A stretch of 64,000 nucleotides of DNA from an uncultured Candidatus Entotheonella sp. (lineage in GTDB: Bacteria; Tectomicrobia; Entotheonellia; Entotheonellales; Entotheonellaceae): assembly GCA_965215335.1 (NCBI GenBank), contig CBDCDA010000001.1:160001-224000 (forward strand), written 5' to 3'. The notes beneath the pieces were generated by a model, which had not been told where the DNA came from, searched no databases, and was given only the letters and a program-made list of their open reading frames with translations. The position numbers and the translations under genes are program-made. This document shows positions 9,466 to 21,205 of this stretch, piece after piece (the first letter of the stretch is position 1; every line of letters starts with the position of its first letter).

Positions 9466-10120
9466 GGCGGGGGTCAATCAGCCTTTTCGCACGGATTTCT
9501 CCGTATGCAGACGGGAGGGGCATGGATAGCCGAGAGCAGGCGATGAGCAAGTAGTACCAGCGAGGTGCACGATGACGCTTACGGAGCTTCACACGATACC
9601 GTCTCGATTATGAGGGCTTTGAGCATTGAAAGCGCCAGCGATAGGCCATATATTAGCCGTACTTCACCCGGGCATGCGATAAGCCGTACAGGGGAACAGC
9701 CATGAAGATGGAGACGGTGGTTATCGCAGGCTTAAACGGTGCCGATAGCTGATGCCGACCGACACGATACCTTCCGGGACGAACGATTCTTCTCTGCCCC
9801 TTGGCTCAATGCGGTTATGTAGTGTGTTGCCATCGACGGGATTTGGGCGTCTGCCGGGGAATCTAGCGCTTTCGCCCTGCGCCGGGCCGTATTATCTGTG
9901 CATCCCATACGTCTTCATATGCAGTGACGCAGTTCCTATACTTCAACGCATTATCGGGGGTGGGTTCGACAAAGGCGTACTGATTGCATTCAGGAGGGCG
10001 GTCTGAGACGCATATCGGTGCCGCCACACCCAGAGGACTGCCGTAATCTGCCGCGAGTGCACCTTGGCGTGTGTCGGAAGTGCTCCAGTAGTAGTCAGCA
10101 TTCAGGCCGCCGCGATCTGA

Positions 10121-10173
10121 GAGTCTGTTCCATAAGTCATCAGGCAGCCGTCTCAGCAGAATTACGCGGCCTC
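10121..10173 (-). mobile_element. Orphan right end of a related IS5-family element, inverted
   Basis: Reverse complement ...GAGACGGCTGCCTGATGACTTATGGAACAGACTC parallels ...GAAATCGCCGCTTGATGACTTATGGAACAAACTC at 11101-11134. Confidence 0.7.
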
Positions 10174-10176
10174 TGA

Positions 10177-11134
10177 GAGTCTGTTCCTAAAGTGGTGAGT
10201 GGTCCCGACATGTGGTATTCCAAGTTGATTGCAACACCACTTGGAGGGTTCCCATGCCTTGGAACAGGACCACTCGTAAGGATTATACACGTGACGGCAG
10301 ACGCTACGAAAGCGACGTGACAGACAAGGAATGGGCGATCGTCGAAAAGCGATGCTGCCCAAACAGGGACGCCTGGGGCGCCCTCGCGAGACGGACTTGC
10401 GCGAGGTCTTCAACGCCATCCAGTACGTGCTTGCCACGGGCTGCCAGTGGCGGGCGCTGCCGGGCGATTTCCCGCCCTATTCCACGGTCATCAACTACTT
10501 TTACAGGTGGCAAAGTATCGGCGTTTGACCGCATGATGGATGCCCTTCGTGATCTTGCGCGGGCGGCGGCGGGCCGAGGGGCTGAGCCGACAGCGGCGAT
10601 TATCGACAGCCAGAGTGTGAAGACGACGGAGAGCGGTGGACCACACGGCTATGATGGCGGTAAGAAGGTTGTAGGCCGCAAGCGTCATATCGTCGTTGAT
10701 GTCGAAGGCTCTCCGATCGTGGTTGAGGTCCCACGAGGCGTCAGTGCAGGATTGAGACGGGACGCCGGCCGTGATTGCGGCGCTCTGTGAGGTGGCGGCG
10801 AGCATCAAGAAACTGTTCGCCGATAGCGGCTATGCGGGTCCAAAGCTACAGGATGCGTTGCAAGACCTGGGGGTATCGGCGGTGATTGAGATTGTGCCCA
10901 AACCCGAGGGCGCCAAAGGCTTTACGGTCTTGTCCCGTCGTTGGGTGGTGGAGTGAACCTTCGCCTGGATGGGGCGTTGCCGTCGTCTTGCAAGGGATGT
11001 CGAGCGGACTCTGGCGAGTTCTCTGGCGTGGGTGAAGCTGGCCGGGTGTCGGTTCCTGATGCGAAGGGTGGCTCGGTGCCAGAGCCTGCGGTCTTCTTCG
11101 GAAATCGCCGCTTGATGACTTATGGAACAAACTC
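10177..11134 (+). mobile_element. IS5-family (IS1031-like) insertion sequence, degenerate
   Basis: Terminal IRs GAGTCTGTTCC / GGAACAAACTC enclosing a transposase pseudogene. Confidence 0.85.
10254..11115 (+). pseudogene. IS5-family transposase with several frameshifts and an internal stop
   Basis: [57 protein letters not shown] spread over different frames. Confidence 0.9.
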
Positions 11135-11275
11135 TAATGTGCGTTCCGTTTGAGATTAAGAATTCTTCCGAATTGATCCCCCTGTGAGGCCGCCTTGCTG
11201 CAACTGGACAAGGTCTCTCTGAAATTCTCGGTTTCAAAGTGAATGCACTTCAAGATATGGCGGCGGAAACCCCGC

Positions 11276-11467
11276 CTATGATTCGGTCTCCCTGATTTCG
11301 ATCCGCAAGCCCTTGACCAGCAATGCAAGCGTGGCTTCGACGCCTGTCAACCGTTCCTTGACGGTCGCCGTGTCGCCGCGCATGGTGTCGAGGCGGGCAT
11401 ACATGCGCCAGTTCCACGCCGCCATCCCCAAAAACCCCGCCACGATAACGCCCAGCTCAAGATTCAT
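11276..11467 (-). CDS. Small membrane-anchored coiled-coil protein (63 aa), similar to 500-712
   Basis: TM helix, then WRMYARLD...VKERL shared with 500-712; GGAG RBS. Confidence 0.65.
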   Translation of the reverse strand: MNLELGVIVAGFLGMAAWNWRMYARLDTMRGDTATVKERLTGVEATLALLVKGLRIEIRETES

Positions 11468-11569
11468 CCGTTGTTCTCCCTTTCACTTTCACCGTTTTCA
11501 GTCACACGCCCGAAGCGGTATGGTGTTGCGGCTCGGAACACCTCCGAAGCCAGGCGTGGTGATGCGCGC

Positions 11570-12649
11570 TTAACCCCGCACCAGCCGGTGATAGGCGCCG
11601 TCCGTGATCTCCGCCCACGGGCTGACCTGTGCCTGGAACCTGGTGAACGACTCGTGCACCTTCCTGGCCATCGGGCTCCTGGTCGCCTCCTCGGCCAGCA
11701 CGTCACGCGCCAGGTTGCGCAGCCTGTCCATGACGTCGGCGGGGAAGGGGAGGATTTCCACCTGCCCCTGGTATCTGGTTCTGAGGGTGTCGAGCGCGAC
11801 GATGTTCTTGGCCTCGTACTCCGCCAGCATCTGCTCGCTGCAATGGCTCGCCGAGTAGTCCAGAATGGCCTTCAGGTCGGCGGGCAACGCTTCATAAGCC
11901 TTGCGGTTGAAGGTGAACTCGCCGGTGGTGCCGGGCTCGTGCCAGCCGGGGTAGTAGTAGTAACCGGCGGCGTTGTGCAGGCCGAGCTTCATGTCATCGT
12001 GCGGCCCCACCCATTCCGAGCCGTCGATGACGCCGCGTTCGAGGGCCGGGAAAATCTCGCCTCCCGGTGTCAGCACCACCGTCGTGCCCGCCTCGGCGTA
12101 CACCTTGCCGCCCAGACCCGGGATGCGGAATTTCAGGCCCTGGAGATCGGCCATCGAGCCCAGCCTGTTCTTGAACCAGCCGCCCATCTGGTTGCCCGTG
12201 GTGCCCCCCGGACGTGGAATCAGGTCGAACGCCGCGTAGGTTTCCTCCCACAGTTTCAGCCCGCCGCCCTGGTAATACCAGGCGTACATGCCGCGCGGAT
12301 TGAGGCCGAACGGCATGGCCGTGAACCACTGCGTGGCCGGCTCCTTGCCGGCCCAGTAATAGGCCGCGGCGTTGAACATCTGCAGGGTGCCCTGCAACAC
12401 CGCATCGAAGACGCCGAACGCCGGGATCAACTCGCCCGCCGCGTACACCTGAATCTTCAGCCGCCCCTCGCTCATTTCGTCCACGACCTTGGCGAAGCGC
12501 ACCGCGTTGCCCTGCAGCACGTCCAGAGCCGGCGTCCAGCTCGTCGCCAGCCGCCAGCGATACCGCTTCTGCGCCTGCACCGCCGGCGCCGCCAGCGCCA
12601 CCCCTGCGGCGCCCAGACTCAAGTTCCGAATCAACGTGCGTCGCTGCAT
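11570..12649 (-). CDS. dctP: TRAP substrate-binding protein (TakP-like), Tat signal
   Basis: MQRRTL signal; WRLATSW, YYWAGK, GNQMGGWF, GLKFRIPG, EWVGPHDD, YYYPGWHE. Confidence 0.92.
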   Translation of the reverse strand: MQRRTLIRNLSLGAAGVALAAPAVQAQKRYRWRLATSWTPALDVLQGNAVRFAKVVDEMSEGRLKIQVYAAGELIPAFGVFDAVLQGTLQMFNAAAYYWAGKEPATQWFTAMPFGLNPRGMYAWYYQGGGLKLWEETYAAFDLIPRPGGTTGNQMGGWFKNRLGSMADLQGLKFRIPGLGGKVYAEAGTTVVLTPGGEIFPALERGVIDGSEWVGPHDDMKLGLHNAAGYYYYPGWHEPGTTGEFTFNRKAYEALPADLKAILDYSASHCSEQMLAEYEAKNIVALDTLRTRYQGQVEILPFPADVMDRLRNLARDVLAEEATRSPMARKVHESFTRFQAQVSPWAEITDGAYHRLVRG

Positions 12650-12876
12650 CACCTTCCTCCTCACGATGTTTCCGTCGCCTCGCCGCACGCCATCCCGTGC
12701 GCCCGCTGCACAAATCATTCGGTCAAGAACAAAGCCACGGTATCGTAGTTGCCGCCTGCATCGCAGTCAACATGCCGGCCTGACTGCCCGAAGGGCAGGG
12801 TCGCGGGTGACGCAAGCTTTTGGTTTATCGGTGCGTGGTCGAGGTCGGCGAGAGGGGAGCTCGAGTCGGTGGTGCA

Positions 12877-14724
12877 TCACATCACCCGCGCGTTCAGCCA
12901 CAGGTGGCTGAGGATGCTCGACAGGTATCCCAGGGCAATAACCGGCGCCCATTTCAGATGCCCGCCAAAAGTATAGAAGCCTCGAGCGGTTCCCAGCAGG
13001 GCGACCCCGGCAGCAGAGCCGATGGCCAGCAGGCTGCCGCCCGTGCCCGCCGTCAGCGTGACGAGTTGCCACTGGCCCAGGGACATGTCGGGGTCCATGC
13101 TCAGGACCGCGAACATCAACGGCACATTGTCGATGATGGCCGATAGCACGCCGGCCAGCGTGTTGGCGAGGGTGGGGCCAAGACCGGTGTAAAGGGTTTT
13201 CGAGATCAGGGTCAGATAGCCGAATTCGCCCAAGCCGGCCACGCACAGAATGACGCCGTAGAAAAACAGCAGGGTATCCCACTGGACGTGCGCGATGCGC
13301 TCCATGACGTCGAAGTTGCGCACCTGCCGCCGGTGTTCGGTTACGTCCTCGAACAGTTCCACCGCCCCCGCCAACTTTCCCTCCTCATCCGCGACAGGGA
13401 CGGCGCTGAACAGGAGATAGCGGCCGTCGTCGCCGAGGTTGTCGAAATACCGGGCGGCCTCATAGATGCGGTCCTCGGCGACACCATGACGCTGTGGGTG
13501 GTCATAACGCCTCCTGATAGCCCTGTCCCTGCCGTCCAGCACGAGATCGGAGAGCGACGAGCGGGCCTTGTCGTAAAACGGTTTCCACTGGTTCCGGGTG
13601 CCGACCATCTCCGCCGCCGGGTATCCCGTGAGGCGCTCCAGCGCCGAGTTCCAGTGCACGATGGTGTGGTTGGTGTCGATCATGAAGGCGGGGTAGGGCT
13701 GGCTCTCCAGATAACGGCCGAGGTCCTTGCCGCGGCGGCCAAGAAGGCGCAGCGGGTTGAGGCTTTCATCGGAACGCGCGCCGAGCAGGGTGCCGTAGAG
13801 ATATAGCCGGCCTTCCCGTTTCTTGAGATAGCAGGAAAAGGCACCCAGGTAGCCCAGCCCCAGCATCATGCCCGCCGACGCCGGAAGGCCCAGGAAAACG
13901 TGGAACCACACTGCGGTCGCTACCGTTGCCACAAAAAGCGCCATCATGACCTTGGCGCCGTGCTTCATGACGACCTTCTCATTGTCGGGGTCCGGCATCC
14001 CGTCTGACACGGCAAAGTGCATGATGAGGGCCGGCACCAGCCAGTTGATCCCGGACGGGACGACGATCATGAAAAATTGCTGAAACGCGACCTTCTCTTT
14101 CTGCCACACCATCAGGGTGGTAATGTCGCCGAACGGCGAGAAGGCGCCGCCGGCATTCGCCGCCACAACGACATGGATGCAGGCCAGGGTGATGAATTTG
14201 CGGTCGTTGCCGCCGACCGCCACGACCACGGCGCCCAGCAGCAACGCGGTGGTCAGATTGTCTGCGATCGGGGAGAACAGGAAGGCGAGGGCACCAGTGG
14301 TCCAGAAAACGCGCCGCAGCGAATAGCCGCGCGACACCAGGAACGCGCGCAGCCACTGGAAAACGTCGCGCTCTTCCAGGGCGTTGATATAGGTCATCGC
14401 AGGTAGCAGAAACAGGAACAGCCCGACGTACTCGGTCAGGCCGTGAAGGATGGCGTCCTCGGCGCGGTGGGACTGCCCTGTCCCGGCCCAGGCCAGGGCG
14501 ACCAGTATCCATATCAGGCCGGCGGCGATGAGTACCGGCTTGCTCTTGCGCATTTCGAGCCGGTTCTCCAGCGGCACCAGCGAATAGGCAACGACGAAAA
14601 TCACGAGGCTTGCCAAGCCATGGAAGGATCCGGCCAGCGCCAGCGCTTCGTCCGCGAACGCCGCGGCCCAGGCGTTCGCGGGTCCTGCCAACAATGCTGC
14701 CAGGAGGGCCGGTATCGTTTTCAT
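12877..14724 (-). CDS. nhaD: NhaD-type Na+/H+ antiporter with internal PAS domain
   Basis: RKSKPV, SPIADNLTTALL, AANAGGAFSPFGDITTLMVW, WDTLLFFYG, SAIIDNVP, GGSLLAIGSAAGVA; PAS insert ~13330-13720. Confidence 0.88.
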   Translation of the reverse strand: MKTIPALLAALLAGPANAWAAAFADEALALAGSFHGLASLVIFVVAYSLVPLENRLEMRKSKPVLIAAGLIWILVALAWAGTGQSHRAEDAILHGLTEYVGLFLFLLPAMTYINALEERDVFQWLRAFLVSRGYSLRRVFWTTGALAFLFSPIADNLTTALLLGAVVVAVGGNDRKFITLACIHVVVAANAGGAFSPFGDITTLMVWQKEKVAFQQFFMIVVPSGINWLVPALIMHFAVSDGMPDPDNEKVVMKHGAKVMMALFVATVATAVWFHVFLGLPASAGMMLGLGYLGAFSCYLKKREGRLYLYGTLLGARSDESLNPLRLLGRRGKDLGRYLESQPYPAFMIDTNHTIVHWNSALERLTGYPAAEMVGTRNQWKPFYDKARSSLSDLVLDGRDRAIRRRYDHPQRHGVAEDRIYEAARYFDNLGDDGRYLLFSAVPVADEEGKLAGAVELFEDVTEHRRQVRNFDVMERIAHVQWDTLLFFYGVILCVAGLGEFGYLTLISKTLYTGLGPTLANTLAGVLSAIIDNVPLMFAVLSMDPDMSLGQWQLVTLTAGTGGSLLAIGSAAGVALLGTARGFYTFGGHLKWAPVIALGYLSSILSHLWLNARVM

Positions 14725-14902
14725 GATTGTCTCCTCGAATTTTGATGATCGAATGGCGGGATGGAATCCAAGTGAGAGGACCGCGGCTTCCTTGCGAGGG
14801 GGAGATCTCTCATTCTCGACCCGATCCGATGGCGGCAAGTCTTTGTTTGTGAACTGTTCGGGTTCTGTGAAAACTGACGCAGGCGGGTGCCTGAATACCG
14901 CC

Positions 14903-16042
14903 TTACGGCGCCTCGATCAAGTCCCGCCGCAACTCGACGCCGAGGCCGGGGGCCTGGGGAACGGCGAGACAGCCGTCCGGGCCGACGGCGGGCGGGTCTT
15001 GAAAGACGGCAAAGCCGTGGCGGTAGTCACCGACAGGGGGGTCATGGAGGATTTCCAGATACGGGGCGTGGGGGCAGGAAGCAACGAAATGCAGGTGGGC
15101 GACGATGCCGAGGTCCCAGGCGCCGTGATGGGGAACGACCTGCTTGCCGAAGGCGCCGGCCAGGACGCCGATCTTGCGGACGGTGGAGATGCCTTCGAGG
15201 ACGAGGCACTCAGGCTGCAGGATGTCGTACACCTCGTTCTGCAGCATGTGCCGGAACTCGTGCAGGCTGGTGTTGTTCTCGCCGCCTGCAATCGGCAACT
15301 CGACGCGCCGCCTCAGTTCCGCCAGTTGGTCAAAGGCGAAGCGCGGCAGGGGTTCTTCCAGCCAGGCGCAACCGAGCGCCTGCAGGGCGCGGGCCGTCTC
15401 GACGGCGCGGCGGAAATCCCAGCGCACGCCGGGCTGCCAGGCCCCGGCGGATTGCGCCTGGTTGGCGTCCACCATGAGCGCCATGTCGTCTCCCACCGCC
15501 TCCCGCACGGCTTCGACGGTACGGATGTCGTCGCGCATCGTTGGATGGTGAAGCCGCACCTTCAGCGCCTGCCAGCCGGCCTGTTGCAGGCCCGCCGCCT
15601 GCGGCGCCCGCTCGCCGGGGGTGGAAAGCCGCATCAGGCTGGCGTAGGGCACGACCCGGTCGCGTCCGCCACCCCAGAGCTTGTACAGCGGCTGACCGCA
15701 GAGCTTGCCGATCGCGTCCCACAGTGCGATGTCCACCCCGGCGGCGCCTTCATAGGGCAGGCCCGCGGCGTAATAGCCGAGGACGGCGGCGTGCCGCTCG
15801 CTGTCCAGGAGGTCCTGACCGACAAGCTGCCGCCGCAGCGCGGGCAGGAGGGCGGCGCTGCAGCCGGGCCCGATGCCCGCCAGGCCGGCGTCGGTGTGCA
15901 CCTCGACGTACGAGCCGCCGCCGATGCGAAGCGGCCACGTACCGCCCGGGTCCCACGCCGGCTCGACGACGCCCACCTCGCGCTCCGTCCGCAGACGAAT
16001 CAAGCGCACGTCGGTAATCCGTACATTCGGTCTGTCACGCAT
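14903..16042 (-). CDS. Mandelate racemase/muconate lactonizing enzyme family
   Basis: VDIALWDAIGK, LKVR, LMVDANQ, WLEEP, GGEN, LQPE, VPHH, PGLGVE. Confidence 0.92.
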   Translation of the reverse strand: MRDRPNVRITDVRLIRLRTEREVGVVEPAWDPGGTWPLRIGGGSYVEVHTDAGLAGIGPGCSAALLPALRRQLVGQDLLDSERHAAVLGYYAAGLPYEGAAGVDIALWDAIGKLCGQPLYKLWGGGRDRVVPYASLMRLSTPGERAPQAAGLQQAGWQALKVRLHHPTMRDDIRTVEAVREAVGDDMALMVDANQAQSAGAWQPGVRWDFRRAVETARALQALGCAWLEEPLPRFAFDQLAELRRRVELPIAGGENNTSLHEFRHMLQNEVYDILQPECLVLEGISTVRKIGVLAGAFGKQVVPHHGAWDLGIVAHLHFVASCPHAPYLEILHDPPVGDYRHGFAVFQDPPAVGPDGCLAVPQAPGLGVELRRDLIEAP

Positions 16043-16144
16043 CCTTGGCCTCCACGAGTCCACACGGCATCGCGTGCTAAAATGGGCGCGTTCACATCTG
16101 GAAACAGCCTCACCGTTGCCGACAGCGCAACCGAAGGAATGCCC

Positions 16145-16333
16145 ATGCCCGACAACGTCTTACGGATTGAGCGACAGGACAAGATCGCCATTCTGACCCT
16201 GAACCGCCCCGAGCGGCTGAACGCCCTCAGCCCGGACTTGCGCCAGGAACTGGAGCAAGCCTGTCAGGACATGCGCCACGATGACGACATCTGGGCCGTG
16301 GTGCTCACCGGCGAGGGGAGGGGCTTTTGCTGA
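16145..16333 (+). pseudogene. Enoyl-CoA hydratase N-terminal fragment
   Basis: LTLNRPERLNAL...AVVLTGEGRGFC then stop; no continuation, abuts a convergent gene. Confidence 0.8.
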
Positions 16334-16349
16334 GGTAAGACGCTGCGCA

Positions 16350-17297
16350 TCACAGTGCGGCAAGGCGTTCTTCAACCGCGTGCGGCACGGCATAGCGGCG
16401 GTCCCACGGCCCCGCCTTCATGACCTGGCCCGGCAACGGGCGGCCGATCACGTCTTCGAGATGCCGGGCTGCGGCAACCAACTGGTCGAGGGCGACCCCC
16501 GTCTCCACGTCCATCGCGTGCAGGCAATGCACCAGGTCCTCGGTGCAGACGTTGCCGGTCGCCCCAGGGGCAAACGGGCAGCCGCCCAGGCCCGCCACCG
16601 ATGAATCGAAGGACTGCACGCCACGCGACATGGCGGCCAAGACGTTCGGGATCGCCATGCCCCGCGTGTTGTGAGTATGCAGGTTCCACTCGATGCCCGG
16701 AAATCTGGGCATCAGATACCCCAGAATCCTTTGCACCTGCGCCGGGTTGGCCATGCCCGTCGTATCCGCCAGGCTGATCCCCTGAAAGCCCAGATCGACC
16801 AGACGCGCCGCGATGGACGCCAGCTTCTCCAGCGGGATACGCCCCTCAAAGGGGCAGCCGAACGCCGTCGAGATACCGCCCTGCACCGGGATGCCGGCGT
16901 CGTGCGCCACCGGCGCCACGGCGGCCAGCTTGGCCAGCGATTCGGCCACCGTCATGTTGACGTTGGCCAGATTGTGGCTCTCGCTCGCCGACAGCACCGT
17001 ATGCAGCTTGTCCACCCCCGCCTCGATGGCCCGCACGGCGCCCTTGTCGTTGGGAATCAAGGCAGCGTACACCGTCCCCGGGCGTCGCTCGATGCCCGCC
17101 ATCACCTCGGCGGCGTCCCGCATCTGCGGCACCGCCCCGGGGTGCACAAACGACGTGACCTCGATGCGCGGCAGGCCCGCGGCGGTGAGACGATTCACCA
17201 TCTCGATCTTCGTTTCGGTCGCAATGAACTCCGGCTCGATCTGGAACCCGTCCCGCGTTCCCACCTCGCAAATCGTGACTCGCTCAGGCATCGACAT
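16350..17297 (-). CDS. Hydroxymethylglutaryl-CoA lyase family
   Basis: EVGTRDGFQ, LADTTG, HTHNTRG, GLGGCPFAPGATGN. Confidence 0.93.
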   Translation of the reverse strand: MSMPERVTICEVGTRDGFQIEPEFIATETKIEMVNRLTAAGLPRIEVTSFVHPGAVPQMRDAAEVMAGIERRPGTVYAALIPNDKGAVRAIEAGVDKLHTVLSASESHNLANVNMTVAESLAKLAAVAPVAHDAGIPVQGGISTAFGCPFEGRIPLEKLASIAARLVDLGFQGISLADTTGMANPAQVQRILGYLMPRFPGIEWNLHTHNTRGMAIPNVLAAMSRGVQSFDSSVAGLGGCPFAPGATGNVCTEDLVHCLHAMDVETGVALDQLVAAARHLEDVIGRPLPGQVMKAGPWDRRYAVPHAVEERLAAL

Positions 17298-17325
17298 ATC
17301 GTTTCCTCACCCGAAAAGGCCACCC

Positions 17326-18492
17326 TCAATAAGAACGCGGCATCCCCAGCACGTGCTGCCCGACGTAGGCCAGCACCAGATTGTTATTCACCGGCGCCGT
17401 CTTGTACAGGCGCGTCTCGCGGAATTTGCGTTCCACGTCGTACTCCGACGCGAAACCGTAGCCGCCGTGGCAGTCCAGGCAGGCGTTGGCCGCCTCCCAG
17501 GCGGCCTCTGACGACAGGTATTTCGCCATATTGGCCTGCGGGCCGCACGGCTCGCCGGCGTCGAACATGGCCGCCGCCCTGAGGCGCATCAGGTCGGCGG
17601 CCTCGACGGCCATGTGCGCCTTGGCGATCGGAAATTGCACCCCCTGATTGGCGCCGATCGGCTTGCCGAAAACGACGCGGTCCCTGGCGTATTGCGCCGC
17701 CTTTTCGACGAACCAGCGTCCGTCGCCGATCGACTGCGACGCCACCAGCACCCGCTCCGCGTTCATGCCGTCCAGGATGTGCGAAAACCCCTTGCCCTCG
17801 ACGCCGACCAGGCTGTCCGCCGGGATTTCCACGTCATCGAAAAACAGCACGTTGGTGGAATGATTCAGCATCGTTTGCAAGGGCCGCACCTCAAAACCCG
17901 GCAGGTCGCGGATGTCGAGCAGAAAAACGGACAGCCCCTCCGTGCGCTTGCGAACCTCGCTCGGCGGCGTCGTGCGCGCCAGCAACAGCAGCAAATCCGA
18001 CTGCATGACGCGCGAAATGAATATCTTCTGGCCGTTGACCACGTACGTGTCGCCCCGCCGCACCGCCGTCGTTTGCAACTGCGTCGTGTCGGAGCCGGAG
18101 TTGGGCTCCGTGACCCCGAACGCCTGCAGCCGCAGCGCGCCGCTGGCGAGCTGCGGCAGATAGCGCGCCTTCTGTGCCTCCGAGCCGTGCCGCAGCAGCG
18201 TGCCCATGATGTACATCTGCGCGTGGCAGGCCGCCGCGTTGCCGCCGGAACGATTGATCTCCTCCAGGATCAGGCCGCCCTCGAGGATGCCCAGGCCGCT
18301 GCCGCCGTATGCCTCTGGAATGAGCGCCGCGAGGTAGCCCGCCTTGCTCAGCTCCTGCACGAACGCCTCGGGATACGCGCGCCTGGCGTCCAATTCCCGC
18401 CAGTACGACCCCGGATAGAGCTGGCACAGGTCCGCGACCGCCTTGCGCAGCGCCTGTTGTTCCTCGGTGAGGGTGATGTGCATATCCACCAT
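17326..18492 (-). CDS. Acyl-CoA dehydrogenase
   Basis: FGVTEPNSGSD, NGQKIFIS, FGKPIGANQGVQF, HGGYGF, VERKFRE. Confidence 0.93.
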   Translation of the reverse strand: MVDMHITLTEEQQALRKAVADLCQLYPGSYWRELDARRAYPEAFVQELSKAGYLAALIPEAYGGSGLGILEGGLILEEINRSGGNAAACHAQMYIMGTLLRHGSEAQKARYLPQLASGALRLQAFGVTEPNSGSDTTQLQTTAVRRGDTYVVNGQKIFISRVMQSDLLLLLARTTPPSEVRKRTEGLSVFLLDIRDLPGFEVRPLQTMLNHSTNVLFFDDVEIPADSLVGVEGKGFSHILDGMNAERVLVASQSIGDGRWFVEKAAQYARDRVVFGKPIGANQGVQFPIAKAHMAVEAADLMRLRAAAMFDAGEPCGPQANMAKYLSSEAAWEAANACLDCHGGYGFASEYDVERKFRETRLYKTAPVNNNLVLAYVGQHVLGMPRSY

Positions 18493-18509
18493 GATGCTCC
18501 TGTGTCCTT

Positions 18510-20066
<1,557 letters not shown>

Positions 20067-20187
20067 CAGTGGGGGTTACTCCAGTCCTTGGCAGTGGCGG
20101 GCAGGTGGCGGCTATAATAACAGATGCTCGTCACCCACACCTATCGCAACGGCTTCTGGCCAGCAAGCTTTGCAGGGGAGGAATCGC

Positions 20188-21180
20188 ATGGCTCGACTCG
20201 GCATGGTGCTCTATCACGGCATTGACAGCGGCGCGGCGCTGGAATCGTATGCCCGCGCAGCAGAAACGGCGGGGTATGAGTCGTTGTGGGTGACCGAGCG
20301 CTACTTTCACGAGGAAACCTTCACGCTCCTCGGCTTCGTGGCGGCGGTGACGCAACGCCTGAAACTAGGGATAGGGGTCACCAATCCGTACACCCGGCAC
20401 CCGGCGCTGCTGGCGATGGCCAGCGCCAGTCTCGATCGCGTATCCGGTGGGCGGTTCATCCTGGGGATGGGAAGGAGCGAGCCCTTCATCATCCGCGACC
20501 GCCTGGGGCTCGACTACCGCCAACCGCGCACCGTGCTCGCCGAGGCGGTCGGCAGCATCCGGAACCTGCTCGCCGGCAATCGAGTGGACGCCACCGGCGA
20601 GCAGGTCACCATGCGCGACACCCGCCTCGCCATTCTGCCGGTGCAGCAGCCGCTGCCCATCTATCTCGCCGCCCTGGGCCCGCAGGCCCTGCGGCTGGCG
20701 GGCGCCGTTGCCGACGGTGTTATCCTCAACGCCTACGTGCCCACCGGCTACGTGCGCTACGCCGTGCGGGAAATTCGGGAAGCCGCCCGCCAAGCGGGCC
20801 GCGACCCCAAAGCCATCGACATCACCTGCATGCTGGTCGTGCGGTTGACACCGGACGCCGGGGCCGTCATTCCCGGGCTCAGGCAGCGCCTGGTGCGCCT
20901 CCTGGCCGAGCCCCACGTGGGAGAGATTCTGCTGGCACAAGGCGGCTTCGACGCGGACATTCTCAAGCCCCTGCGGGGGGCGCCGTCGCGCTCCGGCAGC
21001 GTGGCGACCGAACTCATCAGCGATGACATGGTGGAAGCGTTTTACCTGGTCGGCGACACCGCAACGTGCCAGGCCCGCATCGCCGATTACCGTGCCGCCG
21101 GCGTCGATGCGCCGCTGCTGCTACCGCGTCTGGAGGATTACATGCAGGTGGCTGAAGCGCTGCGGCCGCGAGCGCCTTGA
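20188..21180 (+). CDS. LLM-class flavin-dependent oxidoreductase (Mer-like)
   Basis: GYESLWVTE, GVTNPYTRHP, GRFILGMG, PIYLAALGP, ADGVIL. Confidence 0.9.
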   Translation: MARLGMVLYHGIDSGAALESYARAAETAGYESLWVTERYFHEETFTLLGFVAAVTQRLKLGIGVTNPYTRHPALLAMASASLDRVSGGRFILGMGRSEPFIIRDRLGLDYRQPRTVLAEAVGSIRNLLAGNRVDATGEQVTMRDTRLAILPVQQPLPIYLAALGPQALRLAGAVADGVILNAYVPTGYVRYAVREIREAARQAGRDPKAIDITCMLVVRLTPDAGAVIPGLRQRLVRLLAEPHVGEILLAQGGFDADILKPLRGAPSRSGSVATELISDDMVEAFYLVGDTATCQARIADYRAAGVDAPLLLPRLEDYMQVAEALRPRAP

Positions 21181-21205
21181 CCCATCCCGGGCCTGAAACC
21201 CGCCT

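Noticed and set aside
10954..10956. In-frame TGA in the IS5 transposase as recoding
   Set aside because: Position is normally Arg (CGA>TGA) and the gene has several frameshifts
16331..16333. TGA after GRGFC as a second selenocysteine codon
   Set aside because: Downstream frame is not crotonase-like, runs into a convergent gene and has no SECIS; simple truncation
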